Assembly: GCA_963665295.1 (NCBI GenBank)
Contig: OY762209.1
Span: 4,384,001 to 4,448,000, forward strand
Length of the DNA: 64,000 nucleotides
DNA from: Syntrophorhabdaceae bacterium
GTDB lineage: Bacteria; Desulfobacterota; Syntrophorhabdia; Syntrophorhabdales; Syntrophorhabdaceae
Direction: 5' to 3'
The translations under genes and the position numbers were made by a program. Positions 50,517 to 58,802 of this stretch are shown one piece after another. Within the stretch, counting starts at the first letter, position 1. Each line of letters starts with the position of its first letter. Under the pieces are notes generated by a model, which saw only the letters and a list, made by a program, of their open reading frames with translations, was not told where the DNA came from and did no database searches.

Positions 50517-51413
50517 TTACCACGTTGATTTGAGAAGTCCGGTAGGCCTGAAAAGCAGGACCACGATCACCGCAAGGTAGGGGAAGACGATACCGAATTG
50601 CGGCCATACCAGGATTCCTAAGGATTGGGTCAAGCCGAAGATGAGGGCGCCTAGGAGGGCCCCCCACATATTACCCAGTCCGCCCATGATGACAATGAGG
50701 AAGGCCTCCATGATGAGGGAGTGGTCCATCCCCAGGGTGACGCTCACCGTAGGGGCAACGAGCGCACCACCCAGGCCCGCAAGGAGACAGCCTATGACGA
50801 AGACCATGGCGAAGACCCAGCTCACGTTGATGCCCACGGCGCCCACCATCTCCCGGTCGACTGCCGCTGCCTGGGATACCTTGCCTATCTTGGTCTTCGT
50901 CACGAGGAGCCAGAGGGCAAGGGCCACGATGGGTCCCATGACAAGGAGGAAGACATTATACCGGGGGAAGGGAAGACCTCCGAAGAGGGGGACAAAACCC
51001 TGGAACACGTGGGGTACGGGCACGGATTTGTACTCCGCCCCCCAGACGAGCTTCACGAGGTCCCCGAAGACCAGGGAGATGGCGAAGGTAAAAAGGATGA
51101 GCATGAGGTGCTCCCTCTCGTAGAGATATTGAAAGAGGCCCCGTTCAGTGGCGAGGCTCACAAGTCCTACACCGATGGGGGCGCCTATCAGGGCGAGCCA
51201 GAAGCCTGTATCCCCTCCCACCAGGGAGGTAATGGTAAAGGCCATGAAGGCGCCGATCATGTAGAGCGACCCATGGAAGACGTTGGGGATGCGGAGCACC
51301 CCCAGGATAAGGCTCAAGCCGGAGGAGACGATAAAGAGTATGACCGTACGGCTTAAGCCCACGAATATCTGGCATAACACACCCGGCGGAATGATTGAAT
51401 AGATGAAATCCAC
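50517..51413 (-). CDS. livH: LIV-type ABC permease
   Basis: GLSLILGVLRIPNVFHGS, GGLGNMWGA, RPTGL. Confidence 0.88.
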   Translation of the reverse strand: MDFIYSIIPPGVLCQIFVGLSRTVILFIVSSGLSLILGVLRIPNVFHGSLYMIGAFMAFTITSLVGGDTGFWLALIGAPIGVGLVSLATERGLFQYLYEREHLMLILFTFAISLVFGDLVKLVWGAEYKSVPVPHVFQGFVPLFGGLPFPRYNVFLLVMGPIVALALWLLVTKTKIGKVSQAAAVDREMVGAVGINVSWVFAMVFVIGCLLAGLGGALVAPTVSVTLGMDHSLIMEAFLIVIMGGLGNMWGALLGALIFGLTQSLGILVWPQFGIVFPYLAVIVVLLFRPTGLLKSTW

Positions 51414-51549
51414 TTTGCTCTCCCTCTTTCAGTTAGTGGGGCTTGCGTCGCCCCCTCCACCGGCAAAGCCGCTGGAGCCTCCCCTTCGCGCGTGCCGTGC
51501 ACGCTAAATGACCCTGTTTCCTTTACTCTGTTTCCATCTCATTATTGGC

Positions 51550-51590
51550 AATGGCCCTTCCCTGCCCCATTGAAGCGGGGAAGGGCCATT
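51550..51590 (-). terminator. Stem-loop after the SBP gene (partial terminator / mRNA stabiliser)
   Basis: AATGGCCCTTCCCTGC / GCGGGGAAGGGCCATT 16-bp inverted repeat with one mismatch. Confidence 0.6.
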
Positions 51591-51601
51591 CGCTTCCTCG
51601 G

Positions 51602-52819
51602 CTATTTCTTCCGCAGCTTCAGGACCTCCTCACAGGTAGGCATGTAATCCTTCGGAGGTATGATCTGGTTCTCCGTCGATATGAGGAACGGATATTTGGC
51701 GTCTTTCTTTGTTACGCCGAAGTACGTGGGCAGTTCGAGCTGGTGGTCGCAGGCCCTGAGCGTGAGGGCGCCGACAGGACTGTCGAGAGTCATGCCCTCC
51801 ACCGCCTTGATAAGGGCCTCTCTGTCAACCTTGCCCGCCTTTTTGAAGCCCTCGGCTATGAACTGTGCGGTCATGTAACCAACCAGAGCTGACGCCTTGG
51901 GATATCTCTTGTAAGCCTTGGTGAACTCATCGACATAGGCCTTGTTGGCGGCCGACTCGGGATAGTAAAAAAGGTAATTAGCAGTACCGTATACGCCCTC
52001 GGGTGCATCCTTGCCCTGGGGCATGAGGGTTCCCAGTTCATTGGCCGTATGCTGGTAGAAGGGTATCTTCTGGCTTAAGCCCGTTGCCTTTGCGGCCTTC
52101 TGGAAATTGACCATGCCGGAGCCGCCCGTGGCGACGATGACGAAATCGGGTTTGGCGGAGAGTATCTGGGTGATGTAGGGGGTAAAGTCGGCCTCACCTA
52201 CCTTCCACCACGATTCTCCTACCTTCTGTACCTTGGGATTGAGTCTCTTCAGGTTGTTCCACACCGCGTCCGCGATGGCGTGACCGTATTCGTAGTCGTC
52301 GCCCGCGATCCAGTACTTCACGAAGGGCTTTTTCGCGAGGGCCACTGCCGCCGCCCTGCCTGCCATCTCGGTGTTCTCGTTCATATTGAAGACATACCGG
52401 TGTCCCTTCTCGCCGATGATCTTTTCACTTTTTGAATAGGTGACGAAGAAGGGGATCTTTTCCTTTCTCGCGAGGTCCGATACGGCAAGAGCGGTACCGC
52501 TGTTGATGGTGCCTACGAGGATATCGACTTTCTCTTTAAGGACGAGTTCCTTGGCCATGGCAAGGCCGATGTCCGGTTTGAACTTTTCGTCGCGGGTCGT
52601 ATATTCGATCTTCTTGCCCAGCACCCCGCCCTTTGCGTTGATCTTCTCGACAGCGAGCTTGAACCCGTCAAGCACGTCCTGGGTGAAGCTCGTCGCGGGA
52701 CCTGTGTAGGTGTCGACGATGCCTACCTTGATGGTGTCGGCCCCATAGGTAAAAGGACAAGCAAAAAAAACACCGATAACGGCGATCAGCAGAACAGAAA
52801 ACCATGATGATTTCTTCAT
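51602..52819 (-). CDS. LIV-type (periplasmic binding protein type 1) ABC substrate-binding protein
   Basis: Signal peptide MKKSSWF..., INAKGGVLG, DYEYG; SD GGAGG upstream of 52819. Confidence 0.88.
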   Translation of the reverse strand: MKKSSWFSVLLIAVIGVFFACPFTYGADTIKVGIVDTYTGPATSFTQDVLDGFKLAVEKINAKGGVLGKKIEYTTRDEKFKPDIGLAMAKELVLKEKVDILVGTINSGTALAVSDLARKEKIPFFVTYSKSEKIIGEKGHRYVFNMNENTEMAGRAAAVALAKKPFVKYWIAGDDYEYGHAIADAVWNNLKRLNPKVQKVGESWWKVGEADFTPYITQILSAKPDFVIVATGGSGMVNFQKAAKATGLSQKIPFYQHTANELGTLMPQGKDAPEGVYGTANYLFYYPESAANKAYVDEFTKAYKRYPKASALVGYMTAQFIAEGFKKAGKVDREALIKAVEGMTLDSPVGALTLRACDHQLELPTYFGVTKKDAKYPFLISTENQIIPPKDYMPTCEEVLKLRKK

Positions 52820-52913
52820 AATGCACCCTCCCTTCATTTTTTTGAAATAGTAAGAATTACCCCCAGTGTCAATTCTAAAAACAAACCCCTTTATTGTCAA
52901 CATAAAAGCCTGC

Positions 52914-53597
52914 CTATTCCCCGCGCCGCCCGGGCTTCTCCCCGAAAACATTCTGCACTATGTCGCTCTGTGCAGTCCGGAGGTGTTCTCCTATTTCCCT
53001 GGCAACCGCATCTCCATCAGACTCTTCGATCGCACGAAGGATACGGATGTGTCCGTCTTTTGACCTGAAGGCCGTGTCGATGAAGCGCGTGGCCTTCAGA
53101 CCGTATCTCAGCATGTGACGCCTCAGGGTCTGTACCAGTTCGAGTATGCGCTCGCTGCCGCTCAGAGATGCGATGATCTCGTGGAACTGTGTATCCAGTT
53201 CTATATAGGCATCAAAGTTCCCTTTCTCGATTTCCTGCTCCTGACGAGCCACGTTTCTGGTCAGGTCCGCGACAAGTTTCCGGTGGGCTTTCGCCAGAGC
53301 CCTGCGAGCTGCCAGTCCTTCGATCACTTCCCTGAGTTCACATATCTGTTGGAGGTCCTCGACGCTCATCTTTTCCACTACATACCCTACACGGGGTATC
53401 GATTTCACGAGCTTCTCCATTTCAAGGTTATGGAGGGCCTCCCGGATGGGGGTCCTTGAGGTGCCGATATCTCCGGCGATCCTGGTTTCCACCAGCCTTT
53501 CGCCCGGAGCAAACACGCCTGTGAGTATCTTTTCACGGATATAATGGTACACCCGTTTCCTGATTGTCACCTGATCCTCAAACAACGGTTTCTTCAT
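52914..53597 (-). CDS. GntR/FCD family transcriptional regulator
   Basis: PGERLVE, GTSRTPIREAL, FHEII; start at MKKPLF. Confidence 0.9.
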   Translation of the reverse strand: MKKPLFEDQVTIRKRVYHYIREKILTGVFAPGERLVETRIAGDIGTSRTPIREALHNLEMEKLVKSIPRVGYVVEKMSVEDLQQICELREVIEGLAARRALAKAHRKLVADLTRNVARQEQEIEKGNFDAYIELDTQFHEIIASLSGSERILELVQTLRRHMLRYGLKATRFIDTAFRSKDGHIRILRAIEESDGDAVAREIGEHLRTAQSDIVQNVFGEKPGRRGE

Positions 53598-53681
53598 GGA
53601 TTGTATACGGTACTTTACGTATTTTCCCCTGTCAAGAAAAAAATAGAACCTCTTCCACTGAAGTACAGTATGCACCTTCCA

Positions 53682-53710
53682 TTGACCCCCTTTTAGAGAA
53701 AGGGTATAAT
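53682..53710 (+). promoter_or_regulatory. Sigma70 promoter of the larA homolog
   Basis: TTGACC-N17-TATAAT. Confidence 0.7.
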
Positions 53711-53748
53711 ACCACTGTGAAATATTTAGCAACCTCAAGGAGGAGCCA

Positions 53749-55050
53749 ATGAGTAAAGACTACCATCTCCGCATGGGTCCCGCGGAACAAGAGTACTTCG
53801 CCCTGCCAAAGAAATGGAGTCCTTTGCCTTTTTCTGATATCCGAAGCGACTCACCGAAGCCCTCGGTAGGGCAGATGACCCGCGACGCCCTCTCGAGACC
53901 CGCAAAGACGGCCCCTCTTAAGGATTTGGTTGCCGATGCGAAGAAGATCGCCATTATAATCGACGACTGTACCCGCCCCACGCCTGTCTCCGGTATCCTT
54001 GAGGTGCTGCTTCCCTATCTGGAGGACAACGGTCACAATCGCGCGGACATCACCATCGTGGTTGCCCTCGGCACTCACGCTCCGGTGCCGGCGGAGGATC
54101 TTAAGGTCCGGGTGGGAAGCGATGTGGTGGCCGGTTATCGCATCGTACAGCATAACTCCCGCCAAGTGGACCTTACACCCGTCCTCCTACCCGACAACGG
54201 TATGGTGGTGGGGATAAACCCCGAGGTAGCAGGGGCCGACGCAAAAATTGGGATAAGTTCGATTTTGCCCCACCCCATGGCGGGGTACGGGGGCGGACCA
54301 AAGATCGTGATGCCCGGGGTATCGGACTTTGAGTTTATCCGTGCCCACCATATGAAGCAAACCATAGCCCCCGGATCGTATGCGGGGAACACGACAGGAA
54401 ACCCTTTTCACGAAGGGTGTTTGAAAGTAGCCCGCGCAGTAGGACTCGATTTTTCCATAAACTGCGTGTATAACCGACAGGGGGAGATTGTCCGCATCCT
54501 GGGTGGCGGACTTGACGCTGCTTTCGGAGCGGCGGTGGATGTGTGTCTGGAGGAACTGGGGATAAGATTTGAGGAAAAGGTCGATATAACGATTGCATCA
54601 ACCTACCCTCATACGCACGCCCATCAGTTTATCAAGGGTCTGAACGCCGCCGACGTGGTTACCAGGGAAGATGGTGCCATCTTGCTCGCCGTGCCCACCC
54701 TGACACGGCTGCCCGGTGATTTTCTCAACTCCTTCAACCTGGTAAGAGAAAGGTCTCACAATAAGCCTGTCGTTTATATGAAAGAGGCTATGTCTCGCGG
54801 GATGCCCTTCCTGCCGGAAAAACCTCTGGAGTTCAATATGGCCATGAAATGCGCGGTTATCAGGCCGGGAATACGGACCATACTTGTATCGCCCATGATT
54901 TCCGAGACTGAAGCCCGTACCATGGGGTTCGAGTACGCCCCTTCCGTTTCCGCGGGAGTGGACATGCTCGAAGCTTCATACCCCGAAGCGCGGGTTGCAA
55001 TATTTCCTTCAGGAGGACTCATCGTCCCCATAACCGCCTGGGAAAGATGA
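53749..55050 (+). CDS. larA: LarA-family nickel-pincer-dependent 2-hydroxyacid racemase/epimerase
   Basis: DDCTRPTP, ALGTH, PHPMAGYGGGPKIVMPG, IRAHH, QFIKG: the catalytic His/Lys positions of LarA appear retained. Confidence 0.8.
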   Translation: MSKDYHLRMGPAEQEYFALPKKWSPLPFSDIRSDSPKPSVGQMTRDALSRPAKTAPLKDLVADAKKIAIIIDDCTRPTPVSGILEVLLPYLEDNGHNRADITIVVALGTHAPVPAEDLKVRVGSDVVAGYRIVQHNSRQVDLTPVLLPDNGMVVGINPEVAGADAKIGISSILPHPMAGYGGGPKIVMPGVSDFEFIRAHHMKQTIAPGSYAGNTTGNPFHEGCLKVARAVGLDFSINCVYNRQGEIVRILGGGLDAAFGAAVDVCLEELGIRFEEKVDITIASTYPHTHAHQFIKGLNAADVVTREDGAILLAVPTLTRLPGDFLNSFNLVRERSHNKPVVYMKEAMSRGMPFLPEKPLEFNMAMKCAVIRPGIRTILVSPMISETEARTMGFEYAPSVSAGVDMLEASYPEARVAIFPSGGLIVPITAWER

Positions 55051-55078
55051 CATTCTCTGTCTTCCGAGCGGCGAGCGC

Positions 55079-55627
55079 CTACCGGTCCCGGTTCGTCGTT
55101 CCTCTCTCGGAATAGGCCGCGCCTCTTCTCCTGCGGCCCCTCCACCCCTTGATAACATCACGGACCGCCCGAAGGACTCCGGGAAGGGCGGCCTCAACCG
55201 GCCCGGAAAGGTCAAGCCCGTAGTCAATGCTGGCGGGCTCGACACCGATCACGCTTATCTCCGATAGTCTGCTCCTGTCGATCATATGGAGTGCATTGAT
55301 GATAGAGAGTTCGTGGAGAGACGCCGGGATGCCTCCCTCGTCGATATCGTCTCCCACAGCCCTGTAGACTGTACCAGGAACTCCACCCGCTTTCATGGCG
55401 TCGATGAGCAGAATCCTTTCCGCCCACTCCAGGAGGTACATGGCGTCAAAGACCGCGCAGCCCACCTCCGCCACCCGGATGCCGGCTGCGACAGGTCTGC
55501 GAAGCAGCCTCACCGCATGGACCCCCACCCCGTCGTCGCGGAGAAGGAGGTTGCCAAGGCCGGCAACAAGGATCCGTGGTTCCCTTCCTTTTGCCGCTTC
55601 GGCTCGTATCCTTTTCTTCCGTCTCAT
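55079..55627 (-). CDS. Hydrogenase maturation protease (HyaD/HybD family)
   Basis: ILVAGLGNLLLRDDGVGV, LIDA, SLHE, IGVEP; divergent from the hydrogenase genes. Confidence 0.9.
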   Translation of the reverse strand: MRRKKRIRAEAAKGREPRILVAGLGNLLLRDDGVGVHAVRLLRRPVAAGIRVAEVGCAVFDAMYLLEWAERILLIDAMKAGGVPGTVYRAVGDDIDEGGIPASLHELSIINALHMIDRSRLSEISVIGVEPASIDYGLDLSGPVEAALPGVLRAVRDVIKGWRGRRRRGAAYSERGTTNRDR

Positions 55628-56217
55628 TATATACCCGCCTTCACTCAAGAAAAGGGGCAAGCCGGGACGGCGCGGAGGAATAGGATGTGTCACGACGCCG
55701 TCTGAAAAATGGCATTCATACTTTATACTATAAGAGCTGTCCTCCTGTTGGTAAAGGTAACCGGGAGTCCACCCGGAACAGGTCATATGCATCCCCCCCT
55801 TTTGACTCTGCTTTCGCCATGGCTTATTTAATATACCATACTGAGAAATGGATTTATCCCTTTCGAAGTGTCTACTTTAATTCTGATCTAAAGGAGTCCT
55901 TTCCGATGGAGAAGAGACCAGGTGCCATAGCAATACTGTTGTCAAACCGGGTAAGCGCTTTTCACATCACCTCACTCCTCACCAGTTTCGCGGAACTTGT
56001 TTCAGCGCAGCAGGGCGTTCCTCTGCGCGACAATCAGGTTAATGTTGTCTCTCTCGTCCCCTCAAAGGTGCGCTGCCTTCCGCAGATTCGAAGGGCTATG
56101 GAGGCGAGGCAGGCTCTTGCCAGCCTATCACCATATATATTACTCCTCCATTCATGTTCTAACATCCTGTTTTTATTGTTTTTATATGCTCTTAATATCC
56201 CACTGTTTACAATATAC

Positions 56218-56246
56218 TTGACATGAATTATAATGTACAGTATAAC
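56218..56246 (+). promoter_or_regulatory. Sigma70 promoter of the hydrogenase operon
   Basis: TTGACA-N17-TATAAC in AT-rich DNA. Confidence 0.7.
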
Positions 56247-56414
56247 ATGTCCTTTCAATTTGGTGAACATATGTACCGCAAAGTTTCTCCACATGGTCCT
56301 GAATTTACTCGTAATGAACTCTCCTCCTGCGCGCACGGACCCTCGAAACGGCACAATTCCAGACAAGTCCGGTAGATTATACCGGCACAATTCCCGTAAG
56401 GAGGGAGGTAATGC

Positions 56415-57323
56415 ATGAATAATGTTTCCCGCCGCGACTTTTTGAAGTATTGCGGGTTAGGGGCCGCGGCCCTGGGTCTTAGCATGTCGGATCTGGGACG
56501 CCTTGAAAAGGCCTTTGCAAACCCGACCGGCCCATCGGTGATCTGGCTCCAGGGAACCGGCTGCACCGGATGTTCGGAATCCTTTCTCAACAGGATCTCG
56601 ACTTCCAGCCCCAAGACCGCGGCCGCCGTTCTCGTCGACTCCATCAACCTCGTCTATCACCCTAACCTCATGGGCCCCGCGGGCCAGGAAGCGGTGGCCG
56701 AAGCGGAGGCCGCTTACAACAAAGGAGGGTATGTACTCGCAGTCGAAGGAGGGATTCCCACGGCCTTTGGCGGAGCCGCGTGCATGGCGTGGACATACAA
56801 CAACGTTGAGGTTACTTTCGAACACGCGGTGCGTGACCTTGCGGACCGTGCCGCGGCGATCCTTTGTATTGGAACGTGCGCGTCTTTCGGCGGCATTCCC
56901 GCCGCGCCGCCCAACCCGGCAGGCGTCATGGGAGTCGGGGAACTCACGGGAAGACCTACCATCAATATTGCGGGGTGCCCGACACACCCCGATTGGATCG
57001 TGTGGGCCGTGGTGCAGCTTATACTCGGCAATCCGATCCCCCTTGATTCATCCGGACGCCCCACTCAGTTCTTCAGCAACACGGTGCACAGCCAGTGTCC
57101 GCGCTACGGGACGGAAAAAGCGGAGACTTTCGGAGAGGACTACCACTGTCTCATGGATCTCGGGTGCCGCGGACCCCGGACCATGTCGAACTGCCCCCAG
57201 CAAAGGTGGAATAATCAGGCCAACTGGTGCGTTGACGCCAATGGGCCATGCATAGGGTGTACCGAGCCGACATACCCCGGTACTCAGTCATTCTATACCC
57301 AGGAAGGCAAAGGAGGTACGTAA
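56415..57323 (+). CDS. Periplasmic [NiFe] hydrogenase small subunit (Tat signal; group 1a-like)
   Basis: SRRDFLK, CTGCSES, GTCASFGG, GCPTHP, HSQCPR, CLMDLGCRGP, NWCV...CIGC; no C-terminal TM. Confidence 0.93.
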   Translation: MNNVSRRDFLKYCGLGAAALGLSMSDLGRLEKAFANPTGPSVIWLQGTGCTGCSESFLNRISTSSPKTAAAVLVDSINLVYHPNLMGPAGQEAVAEAEAAYNKGGYVLAVEGGIPTAFGGAACMAWTYNNVEVTFEHAVRDLADRAAAILCIGTCASFGGIPAAPPNPAGVMGVGELTGRPTINIAGCPTHPDWIVWAVVQLILGNPIPLDSSGRPTQFFSNTVHSQCPRYGTEKAETFGEDYHCLMDLGCRGPRTMSNCPQQRWNNQANWCVDANGPCIGCTEPTYPGTQSFYTQEGKGGT

Positions 57324-58753
57324 TGTCAACAGTCAAGATAGTAGACCCTGTCACACGCCTGGAAGGTCATCTTAAAATAGAGGTCACCATAGACACGGTC
57401 AACAGTACGCAGCAAGTCGTTGATGCACGGGCCACGGGCACCATGTTCCGCGGGTTCGAGCAGATCCTTGTGGGCAGAGCGCCCCAGGATGCTCAGCATA
57501 TCACCCAGAGAATCTGCGGCGTCTGCCCCGTTCCCCACGGCATTGCATCCGTACTTGCCCAGGACAAAGCATTCAAGGTCACTCCTCCCGCCAATGCGAT
57601 CGTTATGCGCAATCTGGTCCTCGGCGCGAATTTTATCCAGTCCCATATACTCCACTTCTATCACCTTGCCCTTCAGGATTATGTGGACGGACCAGCCATG
57701 CCGCCGTGGCAGCCTTCATGGAATGTGGACAAACGCATCAGCGGCACCGGCGCCACAAGCCTGGTGAACAATTACGTGGCGGCCCTCGACATGACAAGGA
57801 AAGCTCACGAGATGGGCGCCCTTTTCGGAGGACGCATGCCCGATCCCGTGGCGTACGTCGCGGGAGGCTTTACTGCAACCCCAAGGCCGGACCGCATTTT
57901 GAAATATCAGTCATACCTGGCCGAATTAATCCCTTTCATCAGGAACACCTATCTTCCCGATGTGACCGGCTTGAGCCAGGCATATCCGGATTATTCGAGT
58001 ATCGGCACCGGATACGGAAACCTTCTTTCTTTTGGGGTCTTCGATCTCGATGCGGCGGGGGCGAACAAGCTCCTGAAGCGCGGGAGATCAGCAGGCGGAT
58101 CGCAGACGGTAAGCTCGGTTGATGTGAATCAGATATCGGAAGCGATCAATCATTCCTGGTATAAGGATTCGTCTTCCAGCCGGAAACCTTCGGCAGGCCA
58201 GACGAATCCCAGTTACCCCAAGACAGGGGCCTATTCATGGCTCAAAGCGCCCCGTTATGGCGGAAAACCCTATGAGGCGGGGCCTCTCGCGCGAATGTGG
58301 GTAAACGGGGATTACCGCCGTGGTATCTCCGTCATGGACCGACATCTGGCCAGGGCCCAGGAGGCTCTAAAAATAGCCGGCGCCCTTCAATCGTGGGTGA
58401 CGCAGCTGCAACCCGGAGGCCCTGTCTATACCGCCCATACACCGGCCGCCACCGCGACCTCGTACGGACTTACCGAAGCGCCTCGGGGCGCGCTGGGACA
58501 CTGGCTCCAGATTGCCGCTGGCAAGATTTCACGTTATCAGATCATTACACCCACATGTTGGAACGCCTCCCCCAGGGACGGCTCAAATAAACCGGGGCCG
58601 ATAGAAAAGGCGCTCGTGGGCACTCCCGTAATCAGCATCGACGAACCCGTTGAAGTTTTGAGGATTATCCATTCCTTCGACCCCTGCCTTTCCTGCGCGG
58701 TCCATGTATCGAGACCCAAAGAAAATGCAAAGGTTCACGTTGTCTACACATAG
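57323..58753 (+). CDS. [NiFe] hydrogenase large subunit (group 1a-like, Cys not Sec)
   Basis: DPVTRLEGH, QRICGVCP (L1), SFDPCLSCAVH (L2) plus a cleavable C-terminal tail. Confidence 0.94.
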   Translation: MSTVKIVDPVTRLEGHLKIEVTIDTVNSTQQVVDARATGTMFRGFEQILVGRAPQDAQHITQRICGVCPVPHGIASVLAQDKAFKVTPPANAIVMRNLVLGANFIQSHILHFYHLALQDYVDGPAMPPWQPSWNVDKRISGTGATSLVNNYVAALDMTRKAHEMGALFGGRMPDPVAYVAGGFTATPRPDRILKYQSYLAELIPFIRNTYLPDVTGLSQAYPDYSSIGTGYGNLLSFGVFDLDAAGANKLLKRGRSAGGSQTVSSVDVNQISEAINHSWYKDSSSSRKPSAGQTNPSYPKTGAYSWLKAPRYGGKPYEAGPLARMWVNGDYRRGISVMDRHLARAQEALKIAGALQSWVTQLQPGGPVYTAHTPAATATSYGLTEAPRGALGHWLQIAAGKISRYQIITPTCWNASPRDGSNKPGPIEKALVGTPVISIDEPVEVLRIIHSFDPCLSCAVHVSRPKENAKVHVVYT

Positions 58754-58802
58754 AGCGACAACGGTGGCATGGAGAATTTGCTGCATACGATAAGGAGACA
58801 GA

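Noticed and set aside
55628..56200. Riboswitch or sRNA in the long protease-hydrogenase intergenic region
   Set aside because: A few hairpins are present, but I could not match any known riboswitch core by eye; an Infernal/Rfam scan is needed.
56261..56278. Rex-like box TGGTGAACATATGTACCG after the hydrogenase promoter
   Set aside because: Five mismatches to the consensus; too weak to call.
58670..58710. Possible selenocysteine in the hydrogenase large subunit
   Set aside because: The codon is TGC (Cys); there is no in-frame TGA.
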